Source: Rhodothermales bacterium
GTDB taxonomy: Bacteria; Bacteroidota; Rhodothermia; Rhodothermales; JANQRZ01
Direction: 5' to 3'
DNA length: 64,000 nt
Assembly: GCA_965214485.1 (NCBI GenBank)
Contig: CBDCBW010000015.1
Location: 246,227-310,226, forward strand
Positions 39,251 to 49,145 of this stretch are shown piece by piece; position 1 is the first letter of the stretch; each line of letters opens with the position of its first letter. A model generated the notes under the pieces. It worked only from the letters and a program-made list of their open reading frames with translations. It searched no databases and was not told where the DNA came from. The translations under genes were made by a program, and so were the position numbers.

Positions 39251-40429
39251 ATGACCCCCTCCCTCTCCGACCTGATCGACCGCCTCTCGTGCGGCTACCG
39301 CCTCGCCGCGCTCGCCCTGCTCCTGCCGATGCTGGTGTTGCTCTCGGCGTGTGCCGGCGAGGAGGCGGCTCCCGAGGCTTCCGCCCCTGGGGAAGCAGAC
39401 CGCTCGGTCCCCGTCGAAGTGATCGTCGCCGCGACGGGCTCGTTCGAGGACGTGATCGAGATGACGGGGACCGTCGAGGCCCCGGACGACGCGACGCTCT
39501 CGGCGGAGGCGGCGGGCACGCTGACGGCGCTCGCCCCGCTCGGCACCACGGTTCGGCGCGGCGGGACCGTGGCGCAGATCAACGCGACGATGGGCCGGGC
39601 CGGCGTGGCGCAGGCCGAGGCCGCGCTCGAAGCGGCCCAGGCCCAGGCCGAGCTTGCCGAGGACCAGTTCCAGCGCCAGGAGCCGCTGCTCCGCGACTCG
39701 ATCATTTCGGCGGCCGAGTTCCAGGGCGTCCGCACCCAGCGGGCGGCGGCGCTCGCCCAGGTGGCGCAGGCCCGCGCCGCGCTCGCCCAGGCCCGCGAGC
39801 AGCTCGCCAACACGCGCGTCGTCGCGCCGTTCACCGGCACCGTCGAGGAGCGCTACGTCGAGCGCGGCGAGCAGGTCGCGCCGGGGACGCCCGTCGTCCG
39901 CATCGTCTCAGCCGACCGGGTCAAGGTGAAAGCCGGCGTGCCGGAGCGCTACGCGGGCGACATCGAGCTGGGGACGCCGGTCCGCATCGTCCCGCAGTCG
40001 TACAGCATCCAGCCGCTGTCGGGGACGGTGTCGTTCGTCGGGCGCGCCATCAACACCCAGAACCGCACGTTCCCCATCGAAGTCGCCCTCGATGAGCGCA
40101 ACCTAGCGCTCAAGCCCGAGATGGTGGTGAAGCTCGAAGTCCAGCGCCAGGAGATCGAGGACGCCATCGCGCTCCCGCTCTCGGCCATCGTCCGCGACGA
40201 GCGCGGTACGAGCGTCCTCGTCGCCAGCGAAAGCGAGGGGGGTCTCGTTGCCGAGCATCGCCCGGTCGCGCTCGGCGCGCAGTCCGGCGGCCTCGTCGTG
40301 GTCGCCTCCGGGCTGAGCGCGGGCGACCGCGTGATCGCCACCGGCCAGACGACCGTCGCCGAGGGCGACCGCGTCCGCATCGCCGAGGAGCGCTCGTCGG
40401 CTCAGGCCCTCGCCACGGTCCTCGACTAA
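39251..40429 (+). CDS. RND efflux periplasmic adaptor
   Basis: Lipobox LSAC; APFTG, RTFPIEV, SGLSAGDRVI. Confidence 0.93.
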   Translation: MTPSLSDLIDRLSCGYRLAALALLLPMLVLLSACAGEEAAPEASAPGEADRSVPVEVIVAATGSFEDVIEMTGTVEAPDDATLSAEAAGTLTALAPLGTTVRRGGTVAQINATMGRAGVAQAEAALEAAQAQAELAEDQFQRQEPLLRDSIISAAEFQGVRTQRAAALAQVAQARAALAQAREQLANTRVVAPFTGTVEERYVERGEQVAPGTPVVRIVSADRVKVKAGVPERYAGDIELGTPVRIVPQSYSIQPLSGTVSFVGRAINTQNRTFPIEVALDERNLALKPEMVVKLEVQRQEIEDAIALPLSAIVRDERGTSVLVASESEGGLVAEHRPVALGAQSGGLVVVASGLSAGDRVIATGQTTVAEGDRVRIAEERSSAQALATVLD

Positions 40430-40522
40430 CCGTCCGTAGCCTCGACTAACCGTCCGCAGGGGCTTGATTCGTAACGCCCCTACGACCGCCGCCCTCTCAC
40501 CTCACGTCCAGCCCACGGCGCC

Positions 40523-43500
40523 ATGAAGATCACGAACCTCGCCCTCAACAGCCGGATCGCCGTCGTCGTCCTGACGCTCGTCCTGGTCGTCGGCGGCCTG
40601 CTCGCCTACTCCGCGATCCCGAAAGAGGCCGAGCCCGAGATCGAGTTCGCCACGATCGTCGTGACGACCGTCTATCCCGGCGCGAGCCCCGACGACATCG
40701 AGTCGATCGTCACCCAGGAGATCGAGCGCGAAGTCTCGACCGTCGACGGCATCGACGACTTGCGCAGCACCTCGTCCGAGGGCGTCTCGACCGTCGTGAT
40801 CGAGTTCACGCCGGACGTCGACGTGGACGACGCCGAGCTCGACGTCCGCGAGGCCGTGGACCGCGCCAAAGTCGAGTGGCCGACCGAGGTTGAGGAGCCC
40901 ATCGTCTCCGAGATCGACACGAGCGAGTTCCCCGTCATCACGATCAACCTCGGCGCACGCTACTCGCTCGCCCAACTCCGCGACGTCGCCGAGGACCTGC
41001 AGGACGAGGTCGAGGGCGTTAAGGGCGTGCTCGGCGTGGACCTGATCGGCGGGCTGACGCGCGAGGTGCAGGTGGACGTGGACCTGGCCGCGCTCCAGGG
41101 CTACAACCTCAGCTTCAACGACGTCATCGAGACGATCCAGGGCGAGAACACCAACATCCCCGGTGGCTCGATCGACGTGGACCGCCTGAACTACCTCGTC
41201 CGCGTGGACGGCGAGTTCGACACGCCGCAAGAGATCGAGAGCCTGGTGATCGACGCGCCGGGCGGGTCGCCGATCTACGTCCGCGACGTGGCCGCCGTCC
41301 AGATGGGCTTCAAGGACCGCGACAGCTACGCCCGGCTGAAAGTCCTCAAGACCGAAGTCGACGACGAGTACGTCGTCAACCCGAACCCGGTCAACCTGAA
41401 CGTGATCTCGCTCAGCGTCAAGAAGCGCCCGGGCGAGAACATCATCGAGACCGTCGACCGCGTGCGCGAGACCGTCGCCGAATTCCCCCTCCCCGGCGGC
41501 ACCGAGGTGACCTACACCGGCGACAGCTCGGAGAACGTCGAGACGCTCGTCAAGGACCTGGAGAACAACATCATCGCCGGGCTGATCTTCGTGATCGCGG
41601 TCCTGCTGTTCTTCCTCGGGGTGCGCAACGCGACGCTCGTCGGGATTGCGATCCCGCTGACGATGTTCTTGACGTTCCTCATCTTCACGGCGATGGGGCA
41701 GACGCTGAACTTCATCATCCTGTTCAGCCTCATCATCGCGCTCGGGATGATGGTCGACAACGCGGTCGTGATCATCGAGAACATCTACCGCTACCGCGAG
41801 GAGGGGTACGGCCGCTGGGAAGCGGCGCGCCTCGGGACCGGCGAGGTCGGCCTAGCCGTCGCGGCGTCGACGGCGACGACCGTCGCGGCGTTCGCCCCGA
41901 TGATGCTCTGGCCGGGGATCATCGGCGAGTTCATGGGCTACATGCCGCTCACGCTGATCGTGACGCTGTCGGCCTCGCTCTTCGTCGCGCTCGTCATCAA
42001 CCCCGTCATCACGGGCTACTTCATGCGGCTCGACGGCGAGGAGGGGCCGAAGCGGAGTCGCCGGTTCCGGCTCGGCACCACCGCCGCGATCGTGTTCATC
42101 GCGCTCGTCGTGCTGCTCGCCAACTGGAAGACCTTCGTCTTCCTGGCCGTGGCGATCCCCGTGCTCTACCTCCTCTATACGCGCCTGCTCGATCCGGTCG
42201 GCAAGCGGTTCCAGCACCAGACGGTCCCGCGCCTGACGGGGCAGTACCGCGCCTTCCTCGCGTGGATGCTCGAACGGGACTACACCCCTCGGCGGGCCAT
42301 GCTCCGCAACACGCTTGCGCTCGGCAGCTTCACCGTCGGGGCGCTGCTGCTCATCGGCGGGGCGATGCTCGGCGGCGCAGGTCGGGCCGCCTCGATGCTG
42401 CTCCTGGCACCGGGCGGGCTGCTCTTGGCCGTCGGCGCGCTCGGCATCCTGGTGCACGCCGCCGAGACGATCATGCTCGGCCGCCGCGCCTCGGTCAAAA
42501 CCGGGCTGTGGTTCGGCGCGGTCGTCGGCGGGCTGTGCCTGGCGCTGTGGCTCGGGGGCCGGATCGAGAACCCGGTCGTGATCTTCGAGCTCATGACGCT
42601 GCCCGTCGTGATCGTGCTCTTCGGCGTCCTCGGGACGGTGGTGCTCGGCCAGCGTACGCAGCTCCTCCTGACCGACAACCGCGCGCGGCTGCTCACGGCG
42701 ACGCTCGCCGCGCTCGTCGCCATCGTCGGCCTGTTCGCGCTCGCCCCGACCGGCAGCGAGTTCTTCCCGGACTCGGACCCGAACTTCGTCCAGGTCGGCC
42801 TGGAGGCCCCGCTCGGGACCAACATCGAGGCGTCGAACGCGATGTCGCAGGAGGCCTACCGCCGGATTCAGGGCGTGCTCGCCGAGAACGCCGACAGCCA
42901 AGAGAACGTCAAGACGATCCTGTCGAAAGTCGGCGTCGGCGGCGACGCGCAGTTCGGCGGCGGCGGCGCGCGCCCGGAGAACAGCACCATCACGATGACG
43001 ATGAAGGACTTCGCCGACCGCGCCGAGCCGAGCACGCTGACGCTCCGCAAGATCAGGGAGCAGCTCCAGGGCATTCCCGGCGCGACGATCGAGATCACCA
43101 AAGACCAGAACGGCCCGCCGACCGGCAAGCCGGTGACCATCGAGGTCGCGGGCGAGGACTTCGACCAGATCATGGCGATCTCGCGCGAGCTCAAGCAGCG
43201 GCTCCTCAGGGGCGCGTCCGAGATCGACCCCGAGACGGGCGAGCCGGTCCTCGCCGGGCTCGTCGACATCAGCGACAACCTCAACACCGGGCGGCCCGAG
43301 TTCCAGGTGGACATCGACCGCGAGCGCGCGGCGCAGTTCGGCCTGTCGACGCGGCAGATCGCCACGACGGTCCGCGCCGCCGTCAACGGCATTGAGGCGA
43401 GCACCTTCCGCACGGGCGAGGACGAGTACGACATCACCGTCCGCCTCCGCCCCGAGGACCGCGAGAGCCTGGAGACCATCCAGAGCCTGACGATCCTGTA

Positions 43501-44455
43501 CGAAGGCCAGCAGATCCCGCTCGTCTCGGTCGCCGACATCCGCGTCGGCACCGGGCTCGGGTCGATCACCCGGCTCGACCAGGAGCGCGTCGTCACGGTC
43601 TCCGGCGGAGCCGCCGAGGGCGTCAACGGCAACGCGCTCCTGGCGACCGTCCAGGGCTACCTCGCCGACTACGTGGCCGAGGTCCCGCCCGGCGTGACGG
43701 TCCGCTACACCGGCGAGAGCGAGGACCAGCAGGAGAGCTTCGCCTTCCTGACGACGGCCCTCCTCATTGCCCTCGCGCTCATCACGATCATCCTGCTCTT
43801 GCAGTTCAACTCGGTCCGCAACCCGCTCATCATCATGATCGCCACCGGGCTGTCGCTGATCGGGGTGATGCTGGGGCTGATCCTGACGCGCACGCCGTTC
43901 GGGCTGATGACCTTCATCGGCCTGATCTCGCTCGCCGGCATCGTCGTCAACAACGCGATCGTGCTGATCGACTACATCGAGCAACTCCGCGCCCGGGGGC
44001 TGGAGAAACAGGAGGCGGTGATCGAAGGCGGGGCGACGCGCTTGCGCCCGGTCCTGCTGACGGCGTTCACGACGATCATCGGGCTGATCCCGCTCACCTT
44101 CGGGATCAACATCGACTTCGTCGGGCTGATCGTCGACCTCGACCCGAGCTTCGGGATCGGCTCGGAGAACACGCAGTTCTGGGGGCCGATGGGGACCGCG
44201 ATCATCTCGGGCCTGACGTTCGCGACGTTCCTCACCCTCGTCATCGTGCCGGTGATGTACTCGACCTTCGACTCGATCGCGATGCGGCTGTCCTCGGCTA
44301 CGTCGAGCGACGAAGCCCCCGCCGGTGCGGGCGTGCCTGCCGGAACGCTGACCCCGGCCGCGGTCCCGGTCTCCGGCAACGGACACGGCGGCACCGTCGG
44401 CAGCGGCACCGTCGGCAGCGGCACCGTCGGCGGCGTGCCCAAGCCGCTCGGCTGA
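40523..44455 (+). CDS. RND efflux permease (AcrB family), extended
   Basis: YPGASP, GMMVDNAVV..ENIYR, GIVVNNAIV, TRLRPVLLT. Confidence 0.95.
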   Translation: MKITNLALNSRIAVVVLTLVLVVGGLLAYSAIPKEAEPEIEFATIVVTTVYPGASPDDIESIVTQEIEREVSTVDGIDDLRSTSSEGVSTVVIEFTPDVDVDDAELDVREAVDRAKVEWPTEVEEPIVSEIDTSEFPVITINLGARYSLAQLRDVAEDLQDEVEGVKGVLGVDLIGGLTREVQVDVDLAALQGYNLSFNDVIETIQGENTNIPGGSIDVDRLNYLVRVDGEFDTPQEIESLVIDAPGGSPIYVRDVAAVQMGFKDRDSYARLKVLKTEVDDEYVVNPNPVNLNVISLSVKKRPGENIIETVDRVRETVAEFPLPGGTEVTYTGDSSENVETLVKDLENNIIAGLIFVIAVLLFFLGVRNATLVGIAIPLTMFLTFLIFTAMGQTLNFIILFSLIIALGMMVDNAVVIIENIYRYREEGYGRWEAARLGTGEVGLAVAASTATTVAAFAPMMLWPGIIGEFMGYMPLTLIVTLSASLFVALVINPVITGYFMRLDGEEGPKRSRRFRLGTTAAIVFIALVVLLANWKTFVFLAVAIPVLYLLYTRLLDPVGKRFQHQTVPRLTGQYRAFLAWMLERDYTPRRAMLRNTLALGSFTVGALLLIGGAMLGGAGRAASMLLLAPGGLLLAVGALGILVHAAETIMLGRRASVKTGLWFGAVVGGLCLALWLGGRIENPVVIFELMTLPVVIVLFGVLGTVVLGQRTQLLLTDNRARLLTATLAALVAIVGLFALAPTGSEFFPDSDPNFVQVGLEAPLGTNIEASNAMSQEAYRRIQGVLAENADSQENVKTILSKVGVGGDAQFGGGGARPENSTITMTMKDFADRAEPSTLTLRKIREQLQGIPGATIEITKDQNGPPTGKPVTIEVAGEDFDQIMAISRELKQRLLRGASEIDPETGEPVLAGLVDISDNLNTGRPEFQVDIDRERAAQFGLSTRQIATTVRAAVNGIEASTFRTGEDEYDITVRLRPEDRESLETIQSLTILYEGQQIPLVSVADIRVGTGLGSITRLDQERVVTVSGGAAEGVNGNALLATVQGYLADYVAEVPPGVTVRYTGESEDQQESFAFLTTALLIALALITIILLLQFNSVRNPLIIMIATGLSLIGVMLGLILTRTPFGLMTFIGLISLAGIVVNNAIVLIDYIEQLRARGLEKQEAVIEGGATRLRPVLLTAFTTIIGLIPLTFGINIDFVGLIVDLDPSFGIGSENTQFWGPMGTAIISGLTFATFLTLVIVPVMYSTFDSIAMRLSSATSSDEAPAGAGVPAGTLTPAAVPVSGNGHGGTVGSGTVGSGTVGGVPKPLG

Positions 44456-44609
44456 CGGACCCCGTTCGCCTGCCCCGTCCGTCGAGCGAGACCGCTCTTC
44501 GCCGCGGGGAGCGCAGGTCTTCGCTGCGGGGAGCGCAGAGGGTCCGCTCGGCCGCTCCACTCGGCGTGTTCCATTACAAGTAGTTTCTCTGCCCCATCCC
44601 CTCCTCTCC

Positions 44610-45434
44610 ATGAGCGCGTTCGTCCGCCTTCAGCACCTTCTCCCACAGCACGGGCTGTCCCGCGCCGCCGGCCGCCTCGCCGCCTCCGAGGTGCCGTGGC
44701 TCCGCGCTCTGCTCATCCGCGCATTCGCGCGGGCCTACGGCGTGGACATGGCCGAGGCCGAGCGGCCCGACCTGGCGAGCTACCGCTCGTTCAACGACTT
44801 CTTCACCCGCTCCCTCGCCCCGAACGCCCGGCCGGTGGACGCCGCGCCGAACGCAGTCGTGAGTCCCGCCGACGGGGTCGTGAGCCAGACCGGCGTCATC
44901 GAGCGCGGCGAGCTGCTCCAGGCCAAGGGCATCCGCTATTCGTTCCAGGCCCTCGCCGACGTCTGCGCCGGGCCGGCGTTCGAGGGCGGGGCCTTTGCAA
45001 CCATCTACCTCTCGCCGAAGGACTACCACCGGGTCCACCTCCCGCTCGCCGGCAGGCTCGTGCGGACGGTGACGATTCCCGGCAAGCTGTTCTCGGTCAA
45101 CGCCGCGACCGAGGCCGGGGTTGATGGCCTATTCGCCGTGAACGAGCGGCTCGTGATGGAGTTCGAGACCGCCTTCGGCCGGATGCTCGTCGTGATGGTC
45201 GGGGCCATGATCGTGGCGAGCATCGAGACGGTGTGGCCCGGCTCGCGCTCGCCGTACCAGCAGCGGCAGGTGACGGAGCACGACCTCGCCTTCGAGAAGG
45301 GGACCGAGATCGGGCGGTTTCTGCTCGGCAGCAGCGTGGTGCTCGCCTTCGAGCGCGACCGGGTGCGGCTCGACGCCGACGTGCGGGCGGGCTCCGTCGT
45401 GCGGATGGGCCGGGCCCTCGGCATCGGCACCTGA
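44610..45434 (+). CDS. psd: Phosphatidylserine decarboxylase
   Basis: FNDFFTR, SPADG, YLSPKDYHRVH, NER, RFLLGSSVV cleavage motif. Confidence 0.93.
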   Translation: MSAFVRLQHLLPQHGLSRAAGRLAASEVPWLRALLIRAFARAYGVDMAEAERPDLASYRSFNDFFTRSLAPNARPVDAAPNAVVSPADGVVSQTGVIERGELLQAKGIRYSFQALADVCAGPAFEGGAFATIYLSPKDYHRVHLPLAGRLVRTVTIPGKLFSVNAATEAGVDGLFAVNERLVMEFETAFGRMLVVMVGAMIVASIETVWPGSRSPYQQRQVTEHDLAFEKGTEIGRFLLGSSVVLAFERDRVRLDADVRAGSVVRMGRALGIGT

Positions 45435-45446
45435 GTGGAGGAGACG

Positions 45447-45629
45447 ATGCCTCGCCCCATCCCGCCCGGCTGGCTCCGCTCGTTCCTCTGCTACGCCGTG
45501 TGGCTCGTCCCGGCGTGGACGCTCGCTACGTTCGTGTACGGCCGCCCCGTCTTCCCCAAGAACCGGGGGCTCACGCTGGCGACGGGGTGGGCGCGGGCGG
45601 CGGTGCTCGGCGTGTGGGCGGGGTTTTAG
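45447..45629 (+). CDS. Small hypothetical membrane protein
   Basis: Hydrophobic 60-aa ORF directly after psd, preceded by GGAGGA. Confidence 0.4.
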   Translation: MPRPIPPGWLRSFLCYAVWLVPAWTLATFVYGRPVFPKNRGLTLATGWARAAVLGVWAGF

Positions 45630-45906
45630 GCGCGTTTGTCGAGACCGCCGTGCTGCCGCGGTTCGCGCGCCGCTCGACCTCACCCTCGTGCTGCGCGCGG
45701 TGCGCCCGTCCGACTGTTCGGTGTCGAGCGCCGCGCGGTCCAGACGGCATAAGGCCCTATAACATTTCCGTCAATTCGCGGCCCCGACTGTGCCGTCCAG
45801 CGGCGTAGCACGGGATGTGACGTTCCCCCCGGTCCGAGCGGCTGTGTGGGGCGAACCCCGTCTCCACCGCAGCGTTGGAGCCGCTTTGCTCGCCATCCCT
45901 CTGTTT

Positions 45907-47229
45907 ATGCGCTTTGCCCCTCTGTGCCTGCTTGCGGTCCTCCTCGCGGCGGCCCCCGTCCGCGCGCAGTACCCCGTTCCGCCGGAGACGGTCGCTGCCA
46001 TCCAAGAGCCGGCCCCGGATGAGGAGGCCAACCACGCGCCCGACCCGAACCGGATTCCCTACGAGACCGAGATCACGCTCGGTGAGCGCGCCCTCGCGCT
46101 GCCGGCGACGCTGTGGCGCGGCGTGGCCTACGTCTTCCGCTCCGCCGTCCTCTACGCCGAGTACAGCGGCACGATCGCCCGGGCCGAGCGGCTGCTCCAG
46201 CAGCGGCCGGTGCTCTACGCCCTCCCGACCGTCAGCATCGGCGGACGCCAGGGGCTCGCCGGCGGCCTGACCGTCTTCGCCACCGAGGGCTTGCTCGGCC
46301 CGGGCCGCAGCGCCCGCCTTGGCGGGCGCTACGCGGCGGACGGCTCCTACGCGGCGCTCGGCCAGGCCAGAGACCGCAGCGCCCTCGGCAGCCCGCTCGG
46401 CGTGACCGTCGGCGGCGGCTACGAGCGCGACGCCGAGGAGAACTTCTTCCCCATCGGCAACGACAGCCCGGACGAGCGCACCGAGTATGCGTCCGAGCGG
46501 GGCCTCGCCGGCCTCGCGCTCACGCTGCCCATCACCGAGCGCGTCGCCCTCACCGCGGACGGCGAGTTCAAGCACTTCGAGGTGCTCAGCATCGACGACG
46601 GCGAGCCGTTCCCGGTGGGCGTCCCCGGCTTCGGCGGGGCCGACTTCCTCTCGGCGGGCGGCCTCCTCACGCTCGACTTCAGCCGGGCCGGCGGGCTCTA
46701 CGCCCCGCGCACCTACGCCGGCACCGTCCTCCTCCTCGGAGCCCGCTACGGTGCCGACGTCTCGACCCGTCCCACCGACGGCCCGCTGGGCTACCTCCGC
46801 ACCTCCGCCGAGCTCCGGCAGTTCGTCCCGGTCCCGCTTCTGCCATTCGACCGGCGGCTCGCGCTCCGCGCCCGCCTCGAGCGGACGAATGCCCCGGGGG
46901 ACGACACGGTGCCGTTCTACGAGCTCTCGACCCTCGGCGGGCCGGACGACCTGCGCGGCTACCGCTTCGACCGCTTCCGCGACCGGGGCAGCCTCCTCGT
47001 CACCGCCGAGTACCGCTGGCCCATCTTCAACACCTTCGACGCCGTCCTCTTCGCCGACGCCGGGCAGGTCTTCGACGACCTCGACGAGATCGGCTTCGAC
47101 CGCTTCCACACCGACTTCGGCGGCGGCTTCCGCGTCTACGGCGGCGAGGCCGTCGCGGCCCGGCTCGAGATCGCCTTTAGCCCCGAGGGCCCGCCGCGCC
47201 TGATCGCCCAAGTAGGCACGACGTTCTAA
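45907..47229 (+). CDS. Omp85/BamA-TamA family outer-membrane beta-barrel
   Basis: Signal peptide; LGG..DLRGY..RFRD, AEYRWPI, FADAGQV; C-terminal F. Confidence 0.9.
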   Translation: MRFAPLCLLAVLLAAAPVRAQYPVPPETVAAIQEPAPDEEANHAPDPNRIPYETEITLGERALALPATLWRGVAYVFRSAVLYAEYSGTIARAERLLQQRPVLYALPTVSIGGRQGLAGGLTVFATEGLLGPGRSARLGGRYAADGSYAALGQARDRSALGSPLGVTVGGGYERDAEENFFPIGNDSPDERTEYASERGLAGLALTLPITERVALTADGEFKHFEVLSIDDGEPFPVGVPGFGGADFLSAGGLLTLDFSRAGGLYAPRTYAGTVLLLGARYGADVSTRPTDGPLGYLRTSAELRQFVPVPLLPFDRRLALRARLERTNAPGDDTVPFYELSTLGGPDDLRGYRFDRFRDRGSLLVTAEYRWPIFNTFDAVLFADAGQVFDDLDEIGFDRFHTDFGGGFRVYGGEAVAARLEIAFSPEGPPRLIAQVGTTF

Positions 47230-47306
47230 ACGTGACAGGCGTGACACGCGAGGCCGGGCGCAGCCGCCGAGCCTCGCGTGTCACGCCTCACGAACCACTT
47301 GCTTCC

Positions 47307-49028
47307 ATGCCCCGCACGCTCCCCCTCCTCCTCGCCTTCCTCGCCCTCGCCGGGTGCGCCGGCACCCAGCCCTACACGACGGGCCCGGTCAAGACGTTCG
47401 ACCCGGACAACCGCGACATCCCGCGCCCCGAGAACGCCCGCGAGAACCAGTACTGGGACCCCATCGACCGGACGCTCTTCTACCAGATCGAGAAGCCGCT
47501 CGACCTCAACTGGCTCGGGCGCAAGCTCGGGCAGGGGCTGGGACTCGTCGGGCCGAAGGAGGCGCAGAACGTCAACACCCTCGACGAGGTGCCCAACTCG
47601 TCGTGGTTCACCCAGCGGCACTTCTACTTCCCGATGACCGAGGAGGCCCTCCGGCGCGGCCCCAACGTCACCGACGGGCCGGACCTCTCGGCGTGGACCG
47701 TGATCGCGGGCAAGAGCGAGGGCCGGACGAAGGGCTTCACGATCAAGGACGCGCGCGGCGACCGCTACATCATCAAGTTCGACGGCCCCAACTTCCCCGA
47801 GCTCACCTCCTCCGCCGAGGTGATCTCGACCAAGATTTACCACGCCGCCGGCTACTTTGTCCCCCAGAATACGGTCACCTATTTCGACCCGACGATCCTG
47901 ACGCTCGACCCCGAGGCCGAGGTCGAGATCGAGGGCAAGGAGCGCCGGATGACCGACGCCGACCTCGCCGCCATCCTCGACCCGCAGCCGCGCCGCGCCG
48001 ACGGCACCGTCCGCGCGATGGCGAGCAAGTACGTCGACGGCCGCCCCGTCGGCATCTGGACCTTCCGAGGCAGAAAAAAGGACGACCCCAACGACCGCGT
48101 CCTCCACCAGCACCGCCGCGAGCTGCGCGGCCTCTCCGTCCTCGGAAGCTGGATCAACGACGCCGACCGCCGCAACGCCAACACGCTCTCGGTCTACACC
48201 ACCGACGTCCGCGCTCCCGGCGACACGGCGCGCTACATCCGCCACTTCGTCCTCGACATGGGCTCGACGCTCGGTGCCAACGGCTCGGGCACCCACGTCG
48301 TGCAGCACGGGCAGGAGTACCTCTTCGACCCGCGCACGATGGCCTACCAGACCCTCTCGCTGGGCCTCCACGTGAAGCCGTGGGAGTTCCAGCCGCTCGT
48401 CGCGTTCTACCCGTCGGTGGGCTACTTCACGGCGGAGTACTTCGAGCCCGAGGACTGGGTGATGGTCCACCCGAACCCGGCCTACGAGTACCGCACCGAC
48501 CGCGACGGCTTCTGGGGCGCGAAGCGCGTCATGGCCTTCACCGAAGCCGACGTCCGCGCGATTGTCGACGAAGGTCAGCTTACCAACCCCGAGGCCGAAG
48601 AGTACCTCGTCCAAACGCTCCTCGCCCGCCGCGAAGCCATCGGGCGCTACTGGTTCGGCCGGGTCAACCCGCTCGACCGGTTCGCCGTTACGCCCGTCAG
48701 CTTCACCGAGCGCGGCCGCGCCTTCGACCTCACCTTCGACGACCTCGCCGTGACCTACGGACTCGAAGCTGACGCGGCGAGCCGGTACCGCTACCGCATC
48801 TACCACGACGGCACGCCGCTCGGCGACGACGGTTTCGCCGACGCACCGAGCGTCCCCGTGCCCGCACTGCCTGCCCCCGCCCGCGACTCCGCCGACGAGG
48901 ACGACCGCGTGCTCCGCGTCGAGCTCGTCACCCTCCGCGACGGGCAAGAGCCGAGCGAAGCCGTGCAGGTCTACCTTCACTTCCCCACCGACGGTCGCGC
49001 CCGCGTCGTCGGGATCGAGCGAGAGTAG
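47307..49028 (+). CDS. Lipoprotein with atypical kinase-like (HipA/PI3K-like) fold
   Basis: Lipobox LAGC; GKSEG, IIKFD, AEVIS, NDADRRNAN, LDMGSTLG. Confidence 0.75.
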   Translation: MPRTLPLLLAFLALAGCAGTQPYTTGPVKTFDPDNRDIPRPENARENQYWDPIDRTLFYQIEKPLDLNWLGRKLGQGLGLVGPKEAQNVNTLDEVPNSSWFTQRHFYFPMTEEALRRGPNVTDGPDLSAWTVIAGKSEGRTKGFTIKDARGDRYIIKFDGPNFPELTSSAEVISTKIYHAAGYFVPQNTVTYFDPTILTLDPEAEVEIEGKERRMTDADLAAILDPQPRRADGTVRAMASKYVDGRPVGIWTFRGRKKDDPNDRVLHQHRRELRGLSVLGSWINDADRRNANTLSVYTTDVRAPGDTARYIRHFVLDMGSTLGANGSGTHVVQHGQEYLFDPRTMAYQTLSLGLHVKPWEFQPLVAFYPSVGYFTAEYFEPEDWVMVHPNPAYEYRTDRDGFWGAKRVMAFTEADVRAIVDEGQLTNPEAEEYLVQTLLARREAIGRYWFGRVNPLDRFAVTPVSFTERGRAFDLTFDDLAVTYGLEADAASRYRYRIYHDGTPLGDDGFADAPSVPVPALPAPARDSADEDDRVLRVELVTLRDGQEPSEAVQVYLHFPTDGRARVVGIERE

Positions 49029-49045
49029 CATCACCCTCCACGCTA

Positions 49046-49115
49046 GTCGTCCTCGCGAAGGCGGGGATCCACAGGATTAGCTAGCTGTCTGGATTCCCGC
49101 CTGCGCGGGAATGAC
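49046..49115. repeat. REP-like palindromic element
   Basis: GTCGTCCTCGCGAAGGCGGGGATCCA...TGGATTCCCGCCTGCGCGGGAATGAC. Confidence 0.75.
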
Positions 49116-49145
49116 TTTTTAAACGAGTCTTTCCTTTTCCCCCTT

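Noticed and set aside
41852-44611. Long antisense ORFs opposite the RND, cas3 and Npt-HEAT genes
   Set aside because: Typical stop-poor shadow frames of GC-rich coding DNA.
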